Positions 62,687-64,000 of a stretch of DNA of 64,000 nt are shown one piece after another. Position numbers and translations under genes: made by a program. The notes below the pieces were generated by a model. That model ran no database searches. It had not been told where the DNA came from and was given only the letters and a program-made list of their open reading frames with translations. Positions within the stretch are counted from its first letter, which is position 1; each line of letters starts with the position of its first letter. Source of the stretch: Selaginella moellendorffii (taxonomy: Eukaryota; Plantae; Lycopodiophyta); the NCBI RefSeq assembly GCF_000143415.4, contig NW_003314380.1, forward strand, positions 268,924-332,923. The letters are read 5' to 3'.

Positions 62687-64000
62687 TAAGAGGGGACAAC
62701 TGTTCGCTTACGTAGAAAGGAGGCTCCGCGGACTATAAAATTACGATGCATGTGCAGAGATGCTCCACTGAGATATGGTTCGTGCGATTTCTTAAAATCT
62801 TACAGCTCTGCTGGAAAGGTTACATCAGAAGGTCTGTGGTGCCCTGTATTGTTCTCTTTTCTCTTGCCCCTTTACTCAGGCTGTGAGGAGCGCGATTGAG
62901 CGAATGAAATCGATTATATTCCCAGGTAAGCTCGTCTTAAAATGATTGAGCTAACGGTGTGATTCCATCCATCATCGGAGCGAGCTTTGTGTCCAGCAAC
63001 TAGGGAAGCCGTTTTGAGGGGCGCAGTTTCAACGGTCCCTGTGCTGGACACTCCGCACTCCGCACACTCCGCACTCAAATCTCCAGGTTCGCTTTCCAGG
63101 GAAAAGGCAATCTTTGTAAGATTTTGATTTTCACTCTTGATTGCAGACAGATACTCCTCCTGCTTCCAAAGTATTTGCCACGCGTGAGCCCTTCGGACGA
63201 TTCTCTAAAGAGCGTCAAAAACTCTTCCATTTCCCCCGAGCAGTTGCTGCTGCGAATCGCTTGGAAATCATGCTCGGGGATATCGCAAGACAGCAGCAGG
63301 CCGTCCTGGAACATCTGTCTCTCTCTCTCTGGTAAACTTTCCTTGCTTTATACTGTTTCATATGCGCACCTTCTCAATCAGGAAATTGGAGGAGCTCTTG
63401 TTACACGCGAGAGTTCGAAGCTCACAAGGTACTCTAAAACACTTGTCTAAAATATTCTAGATTTCTTTCTTGAACGCGTGGTCTTGCTTAATCCTTAGGA
63501 GTATCGTCAGCTGTAATCTCGTGAATGGGCCGGAAACTTATATTTGTCCGGTCAGAGCGTTTTTAAGGCTCCAAAGTTGGAGAGCTATGATGCTTGTTAT
63601 ATGCCAAAATATTTCCTTTTTGACTTAATGGCCTTTTATTATATACAAGTAACAGTAAGCGAATTTATCCATGAGAGAATCAAAAACTTTAGTTTGAGGC
63701 TGAAATCCACCACGACACTCCCGAGACACTGACCAGCATGATGCATATATTATATGTCTGTGCCAAAGAATTTGAGGTGTCCTGTGAGAAATGGATTTGG
63801 AAAAGACGATCTTACATCAAAGCCTGTGATGTCATGGTTTCGCATCCGTCCTCCCAATGGGTGTGTCCTCACTATAAAGAAATGCGAGCGCGCGAGCGCT
63901 TGGAAGAGTGTATCCAACTTAAGAGTGCATGACTGCGCCTGTGCTTGTCATTGTCGCCCAATATCACGTCCCGCTGTTTGCCAGTAGCTGCGAGCTCGAG

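Noticed and set aside
62750-64000. Possible further plus-strand gene (splice-like signals, short ORFs, small CACTCCG repeat)
   Set aside because: I could not build a consistent exon chain or recognise a family within the window.

Overview
This is eukaryotic land-plant nuclear DNA. Very short introns (mostly 45-65 nt), tight gene packing, PLS-class PPR debris and a gypsy element with an RNase H domain before RT suggest a lycophyte such as Selaginella; the organism is my inference, not a database result. The left arm (1-13.5 kb) holds an unknown coiled-coil gene, a decayed non-L1 LINE 3' end, a tRNA-Gly(GCC) with a remodelled acceptor stem, an intronless polyamine oxidase, a chloroplast DnaJ head-to-head with a secreted legumin-like bicupin carrying an ABRE+RY promoter, and PPR and subtilase relics. 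The middle (15.4-31 kb) is a layered repeat island. A 7.9-kb LTR retrotransposon with short LTRs, a tRNA-Trp PBS, a 4-bp TSD and a 28-nt telomeric insert sits inside an unknown reading frame that rejoins in frame when the element is removed. The 3' LTR end plus about 813 bp of that frame were then amplified into a 7-copy, ~888-bp array with a trimeric variant pattern. The right arm (32.7-64 kb) is gene-dense: MET1/ZKT, a head-to-head callose synthase pair (one full-length GSL8/10-like, one shortened and lacking the N-terminal domain), SLOMO/FBL15, a KUA1/MYBS3-like MYB, FBL11, OBAP1 and AAF. The best leads are a seed-maturation-like storage module (legumin-like gene plus OBAP with ABRE/RY) in a probably seedless plant, the asymmetric callose synthase pair, and the reconstructable orphan ORF under the LTR and array. 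CDS coordinates for multi-exon genes are start-to-stop spans including introns.
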